Shown here piece by piece: positions 24,600 through 37,140 of a stretch of DNA of 41,239 nucleotides. The first letter of the stretch is position 1. Each line of letters opens with the position of its first letter. Made by a program: the position numbers and the translations under genes. This stretch comes from Octopus bimaculoides. Taxonomy: Eukaryota. The stretch covers positions 25,252,382-25,293,620 of the forward strand of contig NC_068992.1 of the NCBI RefSeq assembly GCF_001194135.2, read 5' to 3'. A model generated the notes under the pieces. That model had not been told where the DNA came from and did not search any database. It worked only from the letters and a program-made list of their open reading frames with translations.

Positions 24600-25360
24600 T
24601 CATAACCAATGGTGTGCTCACCCAGAATGTATAAAACGTTGGGTGAATTTTCTTTGGGCATTATTTATCCTTTTAATAATTAACATTGGTAGTAGTTTTG
24701 TTACATCTGCACAACATACTGGCACTAGTGTATAATGTGATTTTCGTGTCCAGTATTCTTCACTGTACATTTTATATGACTTGTTCTGTTGCTTAGAACA
24801 TCAAACGTTAACGGAGTTTCATCCATGTTTGCTATTTGAGACATTTCAAATGAAACTTTCTTTCCTTAACTGTATAAAATACTTGTGAAAAGCACAAATT
24901 TTCATTTCAAAATCATCGGGCATTCTTTGAACAATTTTTGTTTCTGTTCTCATAACTAAGCCATTACGTTTCATGAAACGATAACACCATGATGTATGGC
25001 CAGTAAAATCTATTATCACATGCAATCCTCCTTGCTCCAAACATTACAATAATTGTAGAAATACATTGTCCTTGCTTCTCTGATCCACTACTGATTTGTA
25101 TAATTCATTTTCGAGATCACGCCATGTTGCCTTTATTTTCGTTGGAAATTGCGTTTTATCATTTTTAATCGTTTTCAGGTTTTCTTCTTGATCGAGCCAA
25201 CAACAAATCGTTCTTTTATCCTCTTCTTTTTTTATGGAGAACCAAAATGTATTTCGGCAGCTCTATTTTCGTGTTATTTTGCATAATGAATCACACTTAT
25301 ACTTTGAATATAGCTGTGCTGCAAGTCTCTTTTCTTCAGACATCATGAAGATGCGTAAAA
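24600..25360 (-). mobile_element. Decayed pogo/Tigger-type transposase fragment
   Basis: Minus strand: ..ENRAAEIHFG.. (Brinker-type DBD), ..WRDLENEL.. and ..SWCYRFMKRNGLVMRTET..QRMP.. (CENP-B HTH), ..SQIANMDETPLTFDV.. (first catalytic D), ..CCADVTKLLPMLIIKR.. Confidence 0.85.
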
Positions 25361-25778
25361 ACAGAATGAAAAATGGAGGAACAAACTATTTTGCACCTAT
25401 TATAAAGATGCTGTGCTTTGGCTTACAGTTAAGCATCCAGCATGGTAGTAAGCTCCTGAGAGATTGCTGTGCAGCCAATAAAACTTGAAAAAGCGATTTA
25501 ACGATTGCATATATATATATGTATATGTGTATGAGTGTGTGTGTGTGCGTGCGCGAGCGCATATATGTATGTGTGTGTATGTATGGGTGTGTATGTATAC
25601 ACATGTATATATATATATATATATATATATAGAAACCCAAAGCTTGTAGCGGTCACCATGCAATGGCTAAGAAAAATAATCTAATAATGGGGCATTTAAG
25701 CCCTCGACAGAATAAAGTAAGCTTTCCTATCCGCGTGCAAATCGAAGGAGCAGTGTAACAAAACTATTCGGTCCGAAA

Positions 25779-25815
<37 letters not shown>

Positions 25816-25961
25816 NNNNNNNNNNNNNNNNNNNNNNNNNNNNNNNNNNNNNNNNNNNNNNNNNNNNNNNNNNNNNNNNNNNNNNNNNNNNNNNNNNNNN
25901 NNNNNNNNNNNNNNNNNNNNNNNNNNNNNNNNNNNNNNNNNNNNNNNNNNNNNNNNNNNNN

Positions 25962-26028
<67 letters not shown>

Positions 26029-26618
26029 GAACTGCAAGCGAGGAGAATGGTATAAGTCGTTTTCTCAGTTTCTAATTGTTTAATTAAATATAATTATATT
26101 ATGCAACAATATATACGTTAAATTATTTATTCGGTCTCAAACTCAACTCATCAGAATTATCTATACAATCCACATGCTGTAAATACTTAAATTATTAACA
26201 AGTTATACCCATATTGAATTAAGGGTGTTTACATCATTACACTTGCATATTGGTAACAAATAAAGTATCATGAAAGACTAAAAAGACCCTGGTGTTTGTT
26301 TAAGCTTTGTGATGAATTATAATTCAGAGTTTCAATTTCAAAGAATTTTATTGTGTCTGGGAAGAGTCATTCTCTTTCAGTGCCTTATTAACTTAACGCA
26401 TTCACAGGTCTCATAACGCTGTCAGCTCCTTTGAGGTATACACATATCCACAGAGACACACAGGCACGCGCGCACACACACACACACACATATTAGCAGA
26501 CATCTATGTGCGTATGTATGTGTGTGTACCCCTATATGCACATATATTACATATATATCTATATACACATACGTACACATACATATATAGTGAGAGAGAG
26601 AGAAACAAGAAGAGAGAG

Positions 26619-26659
<41 letters not shown>

Positions 26660-26698
26660 NNNNNNNNNNNNNNNNNNNNNNNNNNNNNNNNNNNNNNN

Positions 26699-26788
<90 letters not shown>

Positions 26789-28437
26789 AAATACATATAC
26801 AAATGTGTAAGGCAAGTGGGTATAAAATTAGGCGGACACACAGAAGCATGAATCAGGCAAAACAAAGAGTTCAAAAAGAGGTGAAAAAACAAGAAACACA
26901 TTAACCGACTAAAACTTATAAATAAAATAATGTCTGAATTAAATAAATATAATAAATAAGTAAATGAAATGCATAAACAACAACTTAAAGCGGGCAACAA
27001 AAAAAGAACGAGAAAAGAGGAAGAAATCGTATCAAAAAATTGTTGAAATCTGCCAACAATTGCTTATATCAAATTGCTTTCCATCGGAAACTATTTAGAC
27101 TATAGAATATATTAAAGAAAATATATAACATGTAACAGAATAGCTCTGCGTTATAGGGTGTGGTATTTGGCCTGTTTATTTCCAGTGGGTAAGCTGTTGC
27201 ATTACGTCCACCGCTACACTCTACTTTAGTAACATAAGGAGAATACTTATCGTAAACTGTTCGCCATTTACAAAACTGAATTAAGTCAATGCAAATACCA
27301 GATTGAACAAGGCCAAACCAATTTATATTTCCTCTATATGGAATTAATATAAGAATTCTCGCTCGTACCTACACTTGCATATATATGGATCTAAATGCAT
27401 GGATTCTCACACAATACACATGCAGAAACATATATGCAAATAGATGTAGTTGCATATATAATTATATTCATGAATTACTCCCACACGCGCTTACGCAGAC
27501 ATGCAACCATGAAATAAAATATTCAAATATGCAATCACGTAAGTTGTATGTCTGAGGATCACATCACCGATATAATATTTGTTTGTAGTTATGGATGTGT
27601 GTGTGTTTGTGGGTGTGTGGGAGAGAGAGGGAGAGACTGAGAGTTTGTAATTGTGTGTGTGTGTGTGTGCATTTTGTTTATGTATCTATAACGGTTAACG
27701 ATGTAGATATCAGAGGAAACATTTCTAAAAACATCAACAGAGAAATTAAGTTTATATACTACTATGCCACTTACGTTACGCACATATATTTACACACATA
27801 TATACACTTATATACACATATGTGATCATGTAACGTGTTTAGTATTAATGTATACAAAGTTGTATACATTTACATCACATTATCAGTATTATGCATACTA
27901 ATGGATATTTAAATTGTTTGGCAGCTATATTGTAAAGAGAAAATAACCTTATTAGATTATTATTTAAGCAGAATTTAATTTCAAAAGCGAATTCTTTGAT
28001 TAGTATTAAGATAAATCAGAAACAATTACAGGTGGAAGACATTATGAATCATAGATATTAGCAGACGTGTACATGGTCGTTAAAAATTTGTTATATCATC
28101 CTTTTCTGAAATTTTGCCATAGTTACAAATTTTGCCATAGTTACATAGTTATACGTAATAAATTTATAGAATTGTTTAATGTTTAACTAACCTTGGATCA
28201 TCACGTGCGTGATAAACAGTAATTATGAACTATAGAAGAAAACCCCTAAAAAATCACTCGACCTGGAGATAGAATTATCTTAAAGTCTTACGTTTGGAAC
28301 AATACACGCATGATGAAAATTATTTTGGAACCAAGCAGGATACTTCTGTACATTTACTACAGCTGAGTTGGAGAAGTTGCTCCGAAATGGAAAACTACTC
28401 CTAAAAATTTTCTAATGGCTTAATATTGGTTACGAAT

Positions 28438-29005
28438 CAAGGCAGCGAGATGGTAGAAACGTTAGCAAGTCGGGCGAAACGCTTATCGGTATTTCATCTG
28501 ACTTTACGTTCTGAGTTCAAATTCCACCGAGGTCGACTTTTCCTGTTATCATTTCGGGGTCGATAAATTAAGTACTAGTTGCATACTGGATTGATCTAAT
28601 CGATTGGCCATGTTCCCAAAAATTTCGGGCCTTCAGCAATTTGAAGGGAGGAGTTATGTTGATTATATCGACACCAGAGTTCAAATGGTAATTATTTTAT
28701 CGACCTTGAAAGGATGAAAGGAAGTTCGGTAGAATTTGAACTGAGAAGGGATATACGGACAAAGTGCCGCTATGCTTTATTGCCTAGCGTGCTAACGATC
28801 CTGCATGCTCGCCGCTTTCGGTCCCAAATTTTGGTACAAGGCCAACAATTTCGTTGGAGTTGGTAAGTCGATTACACCGACCCAATGGATCAATTAGTAT
28901 TTATCGACTCTGAAAGAATGACAGGCAAAGTTGACCTCAAAGGAATCAGAACATAAAGTCGGACGAAATGCTGCAAGGGATTTTGTCCGGGATGCTTACG
29001 GCGTT
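28438..29005. mobile_element. Cluster of three SINE family B copies: 28438-28635 (+), ~28636-28820 (-), ~28820-29005 (-)
   Basis: The plus copy has A/B-box-like head (tggtagaaacgttagc; gagttcaaattcc) and gtcgact..atcatttcggggtcgataaattaagtac. The two following copies are its degenerate reverse complement. Confidence 0.8.
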
Positions 29006-29452
29006 ATGTCTTTTCGTCCGACGACACTTCGTCAAATATCTTTTCGCCCACGTCTTTTCGTTTGACGTCTTCTTGTCCTATGATTTTTTTTTTTTTTGCC
29101 CAACCACAAATCCTACAAATAAAATTCTCAATGATTATTTGATTTTGAAGTTCACCTTGTTTTCTAAAGAGTTTATTTAAAATTGGACAAAAAGTCGTTG
29201 GACAGACATTGCAGTAGGTCTTCTCGGGTGCACTCAGCGTCCTCGCTTTATGTAGTTCCATGTGGTCTACCAGTATTTGCGTACCTATGCTTCGGCTCTC
29301 ATAAACGAAAGACGCTAATGATCTTGTTTGCTCCCTAAAAATGTCCAGCGAATCTTGTTCATCGTTCTCTGAAGACGTAGGATATTAGAGGTAAATAATT
29401 ATACGGACAAAATGACGTCGGAATAAGTGACATGAGATGAAAAGTCGGGTCA
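29006..29452. mobile_element. Putative MITE with inverted arms of repeated tcttttcg/gacgt motifs enclosing an RTE fragment
   Basis: Left arm ends gacgtcttcttgtccta (~29078). The reverse complement of the right arm (29400-29452) ends gacgtcattttgtccgta. No TSD identified. Confidence 0.4.
29217..29398 (-). mobile_element. RTE LINE 3' fragment (same family as 32262-32560)
   Basis: ~180 bp closely similar, in the same orientation, to 32328-32520. Confidence 0.8.
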
Positions 29453-30001
29453 TTGATGATAACGGTTCTACCAGCTGACCACCTTCTGATGGATTAATAG
29501 TTGCCGGAGCAGAGGAGCATGACGTTCTTTTACATGCATTTCCAGAAAGCGAGGAGGAAACCGTTAATTCTGATTGCTAGAAAAACAGAATGAACGAATC
29601 AAGATATGGATCTATCCTCACGTTGAGGAGTTGGTCTAAGTATTTGCAATCGATTCGACTACGCTGAAAGTCTATACGTAGCAGGTGCGTATTTCTATAT
29701 CTGTGAGGAAATTCAACACATGCATTAAGATATAAATTTACTTTTTATCTTCACAAATTTTTGGGTAACCCTACAATTCATCTATTTAGATGACGATAAC
29801 ATAACAACAAATATACAACGAAATACGAGTCAAACATTCTGTGGATTTTGAGGGCAATAATTTTTATAGATCTAAAGCTTCTACGCATGTTGATTTGATT
29901 TTAAGAGCAGAAATAGCGGAACGATATGAAAATGGCTTGAAACCCATGAAATTGCTCCAACTGATATTTCTTCAACGACCTTTGCTAAATAGTCTTTTAC
30001 T

Positions 30002-30400
30002 CTATCTTTTACTTGTTTCAGTCATTTGACTGCGACCATGCTGGAGCACCGCCTTTAATCGAACAAATCGACCCCAGGACTTATTCTTTGGAAGCCTAAT
30101 ACTTATTCTATTGGTCTCTTTTGCCGAACCGCTAAGTTACGGGGACGTAAACACACCACCATCGGTTGTCAAGCGATGCTGGGGGATAAACACAGACTCA
30201 CAAACATATACATACATACATATATAGACATATATACGACGGGCTTCTTTCAGTTTCCTTCTACCAAATCCACTCACAAGGTTTTGGTCGGCCCGAGGCT
30301 ATAGTAGAAGACACTTGCACAAGGTGCCACGCAGTGGGAGTGAACCCGGAACCATGTGGTTGGTAAGCAAGCTACTTACCACACAGCCACTCCTGCACCT
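30002..30400 (-). mobile_element. Full-length, well-preserved tRNA-derived SINE family A
   Basis: Reverse complement reads aggtgcaggagtggctgtgtggtaag (A box)..ccgggttcactccc (B box)..internal (TA/CA) tract..ggggtcgatttgttcg..gcagtcaaatgactgaaacaagtaaaagatag. Confidence 0.85.
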
Positions 30401-30825
30401 ATATATACGAATATTTCCCTACCAATTTCGCTAACAAAAGAACTTATGATCCAGCTACTTACAATACAGTTGATTAATTTAAAAGTGCTTACGTATCAAT
30501 GACAATAGTAAATTTGGTTTCGTATCGTCTGCCACAGGGTTCGATACAACTGTTGTCTCTCAAATTTAACACATAAGCCTTTGATTGATTCCAGATGTGT
30601 GCGGATTGTGAAAACGCTTTTGATCATAGGTCTGCTCGACCAGGCTGACTTGAATATAAACAGTACATTTCTGGAAGATCTTGTTGGTGTTCAGGCGAAC
30701 AATAGTTGCACAGACCTGTTATCTGAGATATTCCATCCCTGATGATCCGGCCTTTTAAAGTGTACAGAAGACCAGATTATATAATGTCATTTCTTAATGC
30801 CCGATGATCAGAATGTTCTATTTTT

Positions 30826-31000
30826 GTATTTGATGCTGCGAAACATTCCTCCCAGTGGCCTCGAGTTCCATCCGAACTTTCTCTTCAAAAGATCATGCAA
30901 CATTTAGAAACTTGGCAATTTGTGAATCACTCTTTTCAGTACATATGTCAGCAATGGCTACATGTCTTTTGGTTTCTTTTGTTAGTACATTATCTGCCGG
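30826..31000 (-). mobile_element. N-terminal fragment of a maT/Tc1-like transposase
   Basis: Minus strand: ADNVLTKETKRHVAIADICTEKSDSQIAKFLNVA*SFEEKVRMELEATGRNVS; HTH start typical of maT(DD37D)-type elements (recognised from memory). Confidence 0.6.
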
Positions 31001-31370
31001 GCAGGATCTGAAAAGAATGAAACCTTTGAATTCGTTTGAAGAGAACAATATATTGATAATTAAGCGACTACAAATACCCTTCACACCCCGAATATACAGC
31101 GAGGTGTCTAAAAATGGGGGACCGATTATTGTTTTGTTACCTCATGGAGTTCAGTTTAAACATTTATCTGACACGAGTTGTAATGTTTATCAAGCATATA
31201 ATGACGGAAAATGCAGGGATATAGATCCAGTACGCCCAGTCAATTATTTTCGGAGGAAGAAACATAAGACATACACAGAAAGAACCCACACAGATTAAAA
31301 TGTGATGAAGTTCAACTCGGTGGGCATGTGATTAGCAATCCCTTCAACATCAGCGCATGACATTCATCTA

Positions 31371-31438
<68 letters not shown>

Positions 31439-32261
31439 GATGATGATGATGATGATCATCATCATCATCATCATCANNNNNNNNNNNNNNNNNNNNNNNN
31501 NNNNNNNNNNNNNNNNNNNNNNNNNNNNNNNNNNNNNNNNNNNNNNNNNNNNNNNNNNNNNNNNNNNNNNNNNNNNNNNNNNNNNNNNNNNNNNNNNNNN
31601 NNNNNNNNNNNNNNNNNNNNNNNNNNNNNNNNNNNNNNNNNNNNNNNNNNNNNNNNNNNNNNNNNNNNNNNNNNNNNNNNNNNNNNNNNNNNNNNNNNNN
31701 NNNNNNNNNNNNNNNNNNNNNNNNNNNNNNNNNNNNNNNNNNNNNNNNNNNNNNNNNNNNNNNNNNNNNNNNNNNNNNNNNNNNNNNNNNNNNNNNNNNN
31801 NNNNNNNNNNNNNNNNNNNNNNNNNNNNNNNNNNNNNNNNNNNNNNNNNNNNNNNNNNNNNNNNNNNNNNNNNNNNNNNNNNNNNNNNNNNNNNNNNNNN
31901 NNNNNNNNNNNNNNNNNNNNNNNNNNNNNNNNNNNNNNNNNNNNNNNNNNNNNNNNNNNNNNNNNNNNNNNNNNNNNNNNNNNNNNNNNNNNNNNNNNNN
32001 NNNNNNNNNNNNNNNNNNNNNNNNNNNNNNNNNNNNNNNNNNNNNNNNNNNNNNNNNNNNNNNNNNNNNNNNNNNNNNNNNNNNNNNNNNNNNNNNNNNN
32101 NNNNNNNNNNNNNNNNNNNNNNNNNNNNNNNNNNNNNNNNNNATATATATATACACATACACATACATACGTGCATACATACATACAAATACATACATAC
32201 ATACATTCATACATACATACATACATACATGCATACATACATACATATATCGTAAACAACC

Positions 32262-32560
32262 AATAGGGTTTATTGCATGGAACACCGTAACTCGTTGTCC
32301 CCAAACTATTCGGTCCTCTATTGCGGTCGGTCTTCTCGGATGCACTTAGCGTCCTCGCACAGTTGCTTTATGTAGTTCCATGTGGTCTACCAGTATTTGT
32401 GTACCCATGCTTCGGCTCTCTCATAAAAGAACGACGCTAATGATCTCGTTTGCTCTCTAAAAATGTCCAACGAATCTTGTTCATCGTTCTCTGATGACGT
32501 AGGATATTAGAGGTAAATCATCAAACAGAACATTTTTCGTAGGGTGATAACAAGTACATC
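32262..32560 (-). mobile_element. RTE-clade LINE 3' ORF fragment
   Basis: Minus strand: HPTKNVLFDDLPLISYVIRER*TRFVGH..(fs)..YIKQLCEDAKC..PTAIEDRIVWGQRV; matches the RTE C-terminal pattern. Confidence 0.75.
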
Positions 32561-32957
32561 CTGTTTCATGGTCGGACTGTGGGAGACTCGCTCCTAAGGG
32601 GTGAAAAGGGCACCAAAGACGCATGGAAGAAATTACAAAGTCAACGACCAGAACGACCGTGTCCACGAAGGCAAATACTGCGATATATGCACGTGTAGCG
32701 TCCGTAGATGGAATACAAAGCAATCGAAAAACGGGCATGACATTTCCTCATATCAGACGAGCGGGTCAACAAGGCTTTTCACCTAGTCTTGTAGGATTTT
32801 CAAATTTGAAAATCCTACAAGACTAGGTGAAAAGCGCTTTATATGATTTCTAAAACATGTGACATATTAATAAATATCTGTAAATGTACAACCATCCAGA
32901 TTTCTGAGTACTTTATTTTTTTCTATAATATAATTCCTGTACATCACCTCCAAACCT

Positions 32958-32988
<31 letters not shown>

Positions 32989-33414
32989 NNNNNNNNNNNN
33001 NNNNNNNNNNNNNNNNNNNNNNNNNNNNNNNNNNNNNNNNNNNNNNNNNNNNNNNNNNNNNNNNNNNNNNNNNNNNNNNNNNNNNNNNNNNNNNNNNNNN
33101 NNNNNNNNNNNNNNNNNNNNNNNNNNNNNNNNNNNNNNNNNNNNNNNNNNNNNNNNNNNNNNNNNNNNNNNNNNNNNNNNNNNNNNNNNNNNNNNNNNNN
33201 NNNNNNNNNNNNNNNNNNNNNNNNNNNNNNNNNNNNNNNNNNNNNNNNNNNNNNNNNNNNNNNNNNNNNNNNNNNNNNNNNNNNNNNNNNNNNNNNNNNN
33301 NNNNNNNNNNNNNNNNNNNNNNNNNNNNNNNNNNNNNNNNNNNNNNNNNNNNNNNNNNNNNNNNNNNNNNNNNNNNNNNNNNNNNNNNNNNNNNNNNNNN
33401 NNNNNNNNNNNNNN

Positions 33415-33448
<34 letters not shown>

Positions 33449-34249
33449 CTGCACACACACTCACATACATATACACATATATATATACGCACACCTATAT
33501 ATATATGCACACTCACATATATATACACACATACATACACACACACATAATATATACTCACACGCACATATATATACACGCACACACATTTATATATATA
33601 CATAGATGGTGCTCCAGCGTGTCCACACACACATATTTATATGGTTACACAGTGAACATTCTAAACGCATAGCCTGACATAAATCTATGACAGACGGAGA
33701 AAAATCATACAAAGAATGTATACCGGAAAGTTGTAGATTTTACTGAAAGCGTAATTCTTCATACGCTCTCAAACGTATTGAATTCTGATCTAAAAGAGAA
33801 AGACAGGCACACACAATATTCCTGTATCCTTTTATTATTCGTTTTTAGATATGCGGTAACGGTCACGTTGGAGTACCACCGTGTTACATATTGTTGTTTA
33901 ACAATAGCAACGGGTGGTCACGGTAGGATCCAAATATCAAACATTGTCTTCCATCGCTTGTGTACTTAGTCGTGTCCTTTTCTCTAATTATATTAACATA
34001 ATAAAAGCTTTAAATGTTAAATGGTATATTAACAATTTCGCTAATAACAGTCAAGGGTGTTTTGCTTGGTATTTCCGATTTCGCTCCCATCTCTCTCCCA
34101 GCGCCGCTCCCGTTCATTAAAGGCGTTTACAATGATTCTACGAGGAAAATTCCTGAAAGGTGAAGCCTTTACCAAAATATCAGCATACACCCTTGATAAA
34201 CTTATTTTGATCATTAGGGCGATAGTTTATCGCTTAATAACTGATGTCT

Positions 34250-34790
34250 GTTGTCATAGTAACTTCACTATCATCGTCGTCGTCGTCATCATCAGCATCA
34301 TCAACTTCACCAACGATAACAGTATTGTTATCATCATCATCATCATTACCATCACCATCACCACCGCTATCCTTATTACCACCAACACCACCATCCTCAT
34401 CAAAACTAACATCATCACGACCATCACCCCCCACTACCACACCATCACCCCCCACTACCACACCATCACCCCCGTCTCCACAAACCCCACGACCATCATT
34501 ATCATCATCAGCAATAGCAGCATCGTCGTCGTGATCGTCGTCGACACCATCGTCACCGCCTCACCATCACCATCATCATCATCACCACAGCTATCGTCCT
34601 TACCAAGCACATCTCCAGAACCACTACCACCACCATTACTAAAATCAACCTGATCATCACCACCATAGCCACCCCAACCTCCACAACAACTACAACCACA
34701 ACTCAAACTCCGACCTAACACTACCAAAATCACCACCACCACTACCACCATCATCATCAACACCATCGCTACCATCACCACTGTAACGGA
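34250..34790. repeat. Degenerate compound trinucleotide tract (CAT/CAC/CGT), including a direct repeat catcaccccccactaccacac
   Basis: Direct reading; explains ORFs 34057-34931. Confidence 0.9.
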
Positions 34791-35355
34791 CACACAGATA
34801 AAGCCCAGTCCTCTGTATGCGTTACAGCCAGACATCTGGCTGTAGCACCTCTTACGATATAACCGAGATACAACAATAAATAAACAAATCAATTCATAAA
34901 GGTTGCACGTGGGAAGTTTCAGTCGATTCATCTACACCTGCATATGCATATTTTGAGTGTTGTTGCCCTTTCTTCAGCGCGCATTTAACCTACTATTGCC
35001 CCCCGAACACATTGCTTATATAGACACCGCATACAGTTGTGTTAATCTATTGGATATACCAAGTTACATCTTAATCGCATTCCTTGGGCTGGTATGTAAA
35101 CATTAAAGATTTGCAAGTACGTGGTACTTTCTTCTGCAAACACAATGCACTCTAAGATATACTAAATGTTTTCATAAGTCAGTAACAGGTTTTATTGCAT
35201 CAGCAGTGCTCTTACATTATTTTGTTAAGGTTATTTCAACGGATATTCCGAAGAAATTATACGCAGCACTGATTATCGCTACATCGATTCGTATTGAGAC
35301 GTCAGATGTAAGCAGACAATGTGATCGAAGACAAGAGTGGGTAATGAATGTATAT

Positions 35356-35433
35356 GCTATATTTCGAGTGTTGTCGCCCTTCTTCAGCACTCCTCTAACA
35401 CAGTATTGCTTCCGAACACATTGCTTATATAAC
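35356..35433 (-). ncRNA. Type III-like hammerhead ribozyme (motif A, copy 2)
   Basis: Minus strand: GTTATAT-A-agc..gtg-CTGAAGA-A-GGGCG-acaa-CACTC-GAAATATAGC. Stem III 7 bp; stem I weaker. Confidence 0.55.
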
Positions 35434-35745
35434 CACCGCATACAGCAGTGTTAAGTTATTGGAGATACCAATTTATATATTAGATGCATTCATAAGGCTG
35501 GTACACGTTGTATCAAAAATCAGTGCTGGCTATCAGTTTTATCATATATCTGTAGACATAACCTTAACAAAATAATATAAGAACACGGCTAACGCAATAG
35601 AACGTGGTGCTGACTTGCGAAAACATTTAGTATATCTTTATAGTACCACGGACCTACGAGTCTTTGATTTTTACATACTAGCCCCGGAAATGCGTCTAAT
35701 ATGTAAATAGATGTATCCAATAACTTAACACCGCTGTATGCGGTA

Positions 35746-35824
35746 GCTATATAACCAATGTGTTCGAAGGGAATAGTAAGTTAGATGAGGTCTGAAGAAG
35801 GGACAACAACACCCGAAATATGGC
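35746..35824 (+). ncRNA. Type III-like hammerhead ribozyme (motif A, copy 1)
   Basis: Stem III GCTATAT 35746-52 / ATATGGC 35818-24 (7 bp). AUA site, predicted cut after 35753. Stem I ACC/GGT. Core CTGAAGA 35792-98, +A, stem II GGG/CCC, GAAA 35815-18. Confidence 0.65.
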
Positions 35825-36059
35825 ATATATACTCATTACCCACTTTGTCAGTTTGCATCTGACGTCTCGATACGAAACGTTGTAGCAAAAATCAGTGCTG
35901 ATTTTCAGTTCTAAGGAATATTTGTCGAAATAACTTTAAAAAAATAATGTAAAAGCACTGCTGACGCAATAAAGCGTGGTACTAAGTATGAAAAGATTAG
36001 GCGTACCTTAGAGTATATTGTGTTCCATAGTGAAGTACCATCTACCTTCTACCTTAGCC

Positions 36060-36116
36060 TTGGACCAAATAAAGATTTCTGAGTGGATTTAGTAGACGGG
36101 AAATGAAAAAAGACCG

Positions 36117-36160
<44 letters not shown>

Positions 36161-36314
36161 GTGTGTTTGGTTGAGTTGGTAGTTGTGCTGGTGGGCACGT
36201 GGGTGAATGTATGTGTGTATATATATAATATTTAATAGGCACAATACATGTTTTTATGTGCTACTAATGTTTTCTTGCGCTGAGAACATACCCAATAATG
36301 AATTGTAACAGCAC

Positions 36315-36368
<54 letters not shown>

Positions 36369-36453
36369 CCACTCACGAAGCTTTGGTTAGCCCGAGGCTG
36401 TACTGAAAGACACTTACCTAAGGTGATACAGACGGACTGAATCCAGAAGATAA

Positions 36454-36504
<51 letters not shown>

Positions 36505-37140
36505 GGTATGGCTGTGTAGTAAAAATCTCCCTTCCCCACCACATTCTTCCGGATTCAGTTCCACTGCATAGTAACTTAGGCAAGTGTCTTTTAGCATACC
36601 GTCGAGTCAACCAAAACCCTGTGAGTGGATTTGGTTGACGGAAAGTGAAAGAAGCCCGTCGTATATTTTCCTGGACCCAACCACCGTTTCACAACTAGTG
36701 CTGATGGGTTCACGTCCCCGTGACCTAGCAGTTCAGCAAAAGACACCGATGGAATAGGTACTAGGCCTGACAAATATATACCCTGGGGTCGATTTGTTTA
36801 CCTAAAACCCTTCAAGGTGGTGCCCCAGCCTGGCCGTAGTCAAATGACTGTAATAAATAAAAGAAAAACCAAAAATGATATGCTTGCATGTGGCTATGTA
36901 TGTGTTTGTCCCTTTGTATCTGTGTATTTGTCCTTTGTCCCCCACCACTGCTTGACAACCGGTGTTGTTGTGTTTGCGTCCCGGTAACTTAAGATTTCGG
37001 CAAATGTGACCGATAAAGTAAGTACCAGGCTTAAAACAAAAATATTTAGTTATGGGGTTGATTCGTTCGATTAAAATCCTACGAGTTGGTGCTCCAGTAT
37101 GACCGCATTCTAATCATTGCAACAAGTAAAAGAAGAAAAG
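36060..37140. mobile_element. Cluster of four SINE family A pieces: 36060-36120 (+), 36365-36445 (-), 36503-36865 (+, near full length), 36900-37140 (+, tail half)
   Basis: Each aligns to parts of the 30002-30400 copy; separated by (CA)n and (TA)n. Confidence 0.75.

Larger units (their letters stand above)
34935..36050. repeat. Array of a ~370-410 bp unit, ~1.4 units in one orientation (34935-35503) and ~1.5 units inverted (35505-36050), each carrying hammerhead-like motifs
   Basis: Direct period 411 (gagtgt at 34955 and 35366). Inverted period 372 (cagtgctg at 35521 and 35893). The reverse complement of 35505-36050 aligns to 34935-35503. Confidence 0.9.

Noticed and set aside
30855-31298. 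147-aa non-repetitive plus-strand ORF
   Set aside because: No recognisable domain and no ATG start; its first third is the antisense of a maT-like transposase fragment.
34057-34653. 198-aa ORF
   Set aside because: Mostly a CAT/CAC trinucleotide tract; the apparent Thr/Ile/Ser-rich protein is a compositional artefact.
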